Below the pieces are notes generated by a model. It saw only the letters and a list, made by a program, of their open reading frames with translations. It was not told the DNA's origin and ran no database searches. A DNA stretch of 53,737 nt from a virus (Duplodnaviria; Caudoviricetes): positions 1 through 53,737 of the IMG/VR virus record IMGVR_UViG_3300002092_000056. The stretch is one strand, 5' to 3'. The number at the start of each line of letters is the position of its first letter. The stretch's first letter is position 1. This document shows positions 51,589 to 53,737 of the stretch, in pieces. A program made the translations under genes and the position numbers.

Positions 51589-53737
51589 TTAGTTCCAAGA
51601 GATTACGACACAAATGCCGTCAGCGCCAGCACCACCAGCACCAGAATTACCAACGGCGTCTGTGCAAGCACCGCCGCCACCACCACCAGCGCCGTACAAG
51701 GCTCCAGCACCACCAGCGCCGCCGCTACCCAACAATGAGGCATTACCGCCACCACCCCCGCCGCCGCCGTAAGGCTTGCTTGTTGTAGCGGCAGTTCCAG
51801 CACCGCCTGCTGCGCCATCAGTCAAGGATGCTGTGCCACCAGCAAAACCGCCGTTGATGTTTGTTGCGCCGTAGCCGCCATAACCTACAGAAGCACCTAA
51901 GGCATTGGCTGTTGTAAGCGAATTACCACCACCGCCAGAGCCTGGGCCAAATATACCGTACATACCACCTGTACCGTTAGCTACTGCACCACCTCCCGGC
52001 GTAGTAAAATTACCGCCGTTAGCGTAACCTGATGTACTCTGGATAACCATTGTAATTTCAGTTTGAGGCTTTCCCGTAGGAACAATAAATGATGCCGCAG
52101 TAGATCCACCACCACCAGCCCAACCACCATAAGAAGTAAGATAAGTTCCGAATGTGGTGTCATTGCCAACAGTACCATTGTTTCCGCTTGTACTATTTGT
52201 TACCTGTGAAGCACCACCAGCTCCGCCAGTGCCTACCGTTACTGTAACTGTTGAGGTTAAATCAGCAGCGTTTAGGGTCATGTCAATATAGTTACCTTTA
52301 AAGCCACCAGCACCGCCAGTACGCACAGAAGCCAATGCACCCTTACGGCCTGAACCTCCACCACCACCACCGCCAATTGCAATGACACGCACGTTGGTCA
52401 CGCCTGTTGGCTTAGTCCATGTACCACCAGCGGTGAATGTCTGGACGTTGTAGACGTTGGAGGCAGTTGTTTGAGTGCTGCCGTCAGAAAAGCCAAGGCT
52501 ACCGTTCAAATTGAACTTGCCTGTGTTGTCAAAGTAACCCAGTGGATTACCGTCCCCATCACTCAGAACAACATAGTTGCTGGCTGTGCGAATATCGAGG
52601 CCACCTTGGTTGCCTGTGTAGCGCCCAATGATGGTATTTTTGGCTCCAGTGGTAATTGCGCTTCCAGATTGATAACCCACAGCCGTGTTGCTGGCGGCTG
52701 TGGTGTTATTTGCAAGTGCGCCAGTTCCAAGAGCAGTGTTAAAACTACCTGTGGTGTTGTAGCGCAAAGCCGCATCAGTTGTACCTGTATGAATACCGCC
52801 AACAGCCACGTTACCATTACCAGTGGTATTGGCTTGCAGAACTTGAGCGCCTACCGCAGTAATTTGACCTGTTGTATTTGAAAGTCCTGCACTACCGCCG
52901 ATAGCAGTTACGTTTGCAACGGTGGTGTTGTATGCAGCCTGATACCCAAACGCAGTGTTGTTGTTAGCCGTGCTGTTGGAGTAAAGAGCTTGGTTGCCAA
53001 AGGCTACGTTGTAGGAACCCGTGGTGTTAAGTGCAAGTGTGCCAGTTCCAAATGCACTGTTGTGTGAGCCTGTCGTGTTGTACCGCAAAGCAGCATCAAT
53101 GGCCCCAGAAGCATACCCACCAAACGCATTGTTAGCTGAGCCTGTTGTGTTGGCATAAAGAGCAAAAGCGCCAAAAGCATTTGTGCCAATAGCTGAAGTG
53201 TTTGAGTATGCTGCCCCATAACCGACCGCAGTGTTTCCGGCAACTGTGTTGGCATATAGCGCTTGATAACCTACTGCCGTGCTGTTGCTGGCGGTGGTGT
53301 TTGTAATAAGAGCTTGGTCACCGATGGCAGTGTTGTAATTGCCGGTGGTGTTGTAGCGCAGAGCCGTGTAGCCCATTGCAGTCAAGCCGCTGCCAGTGGT
53401 GTTGGCAAGAGCAACAGCGCCGCCAAATGCGGAGTTCTCATTGCCTGTTGTATTTCCACCCAGAGCGTTTGTACCAAAAGCCGAGTTGTATCCAGCAGTC
53501 GTGTTTGCCCCAAGAGCTGACTTGCCGACCGCCACGTTGTTGCTTCCCGTGGTGTTGCTCTCTAAAGCCCCTTGACCAAACGCAGCAAGTTCTGATCCGG
53601 TAGTATTGGCCTTGAGTGCTTGGTAGCCAAACGCACTGTTGTTGCTGGCTGTGGTGTTGAGGCCCAAAGCACCGTTACCAACGGCAGTATTTTGACCGCC
53701 TGTTGTGTTGGTTTTTAAGGCAGAGTTTCCTGCACCG
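51589..53737 (-). CDS. Tail fibre/adhesin, 3' part (17-aa beta-roll repeats plus Gly-rich C-terminal domain)
   Basis: NTTGSxNxAxGxxAL repeats; TFT.GGTWTKP.GV..V.V.AIGGGGGG domain; in frame with 1..1514. Confidence 0.88.
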   Translation of the reverse strand, partial: GAGNSALKTNTTGGQNTAVGNGALGLNTTASNNSAFGYQALKANTTGSELAAFGQGALESNTTGSNNVAVGKSALGANTTAGYNSAFGTNALGGNTTGNENSAFGGAVALANTTGSGLTAMGYTALRYNTTGNYNTAIGDQALITNTTASNSTAVGYQALYANTVAGNTAVGYGAAYSNTSAIGTNAFGAFALYANTTGSANNAFGGYASGAIDAALRYNTTGSHNSAFGTGTLALNTTGSYNVAFGNQALYSNSTANNNTAFGYQAAYNTTVANVTAIGGSAGLSNTTGQITAVGAQVLQANTTGNGNVAVGGIHTGTTDAALRYNTTGSFNTALGTGALANNTTAASNTAVGYQSGSAITTGAKNTIIGRYTGNQGGLDIRTASNYVVLSDGDGNPLGYFDNTGKFNLNGSLGFSDGSTQTTASNVYNVQTFTAGGTWTKPTGVTNVRVIAIGGGGGGGSGRKGALASVRTGGAGGFKGNYIDMTLNAADLTSTVTVTVGTGGAGGASQVTNSTSGNNGTVGNDTTFGTYLTSYGGWAGGGGSTAASFIVPTGKPQTEITMVIQSTSGYANGGNFTTPGGGAVANGTGGMYGIFGPGSGGGGNSLTTANALGASVGYGGYGATNINGGFAGGTASLTDGAAGGAGTAATTSKPYGGGGGGGGNASLLGSGGAGGAGALYGAGGGGGGACTDAVGNSGAGGAGADGICVVISWN

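Noticed and set aside
51589-53737. Diversity-generating retroelement target (BPP-1-like)
   Set aside because: No reverse transcriptase and no template/variable repeat pair seen.
1-53737. Stop-codon reassignment
   Set aside because: Core genes are full length under the standard code, and TGA and TAA act as ordinary stops.

Overview
The window is an apparently complete, circularly assembled ~53.7 kb tailed-phage genome. The first 18 nt are repeated as the last 18 nt, and the tail-fibre gene reads through that junction in frame. The layout is podovirus-like and the host is probably a betaproteobacterium (inference). The minus strand carries the packaging and head genes (P22-type terminase, portal, scaffold, N4-gp56-type capsid, adaptor, nozzle), then tail fibre, lysis genes and internal virion (ejection) proteins. 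The middle holds early genes, a Q-like antiterminator and an APSE/BPP-1-like replication module (primase-helicase, SNF2 helicase, VRR-NUC, Cro-like, DUF2800, DUF2815, family A polymerase). No integrase was seen. The most interesting feature is a pair of giant ejection polyproteins (2247 and 1411 aa) carrying a HExxH peptidase plus ART-like, HhH-glycosylase-like, GNAT and zeta-toxin domains, separated by a repeated FSxxQ linker. Four small ORFs, each with its own Shine-Dalgarno-like site, are overprinted in the same +1 frame at the edges of these effector domains, suggesting virion-delivered toxins with nested immunity genes. A ferritin gene sits between the two polyproteins. Also notable are a Gln-rich hendecad-repeat protein (candidate DNA-conducting tube), three late promoter/leader/terminator units, a duplicated structured RNA leader and a tRNA-like RNA. 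All family assignments come from motif recognition by eye; no database searches were run.
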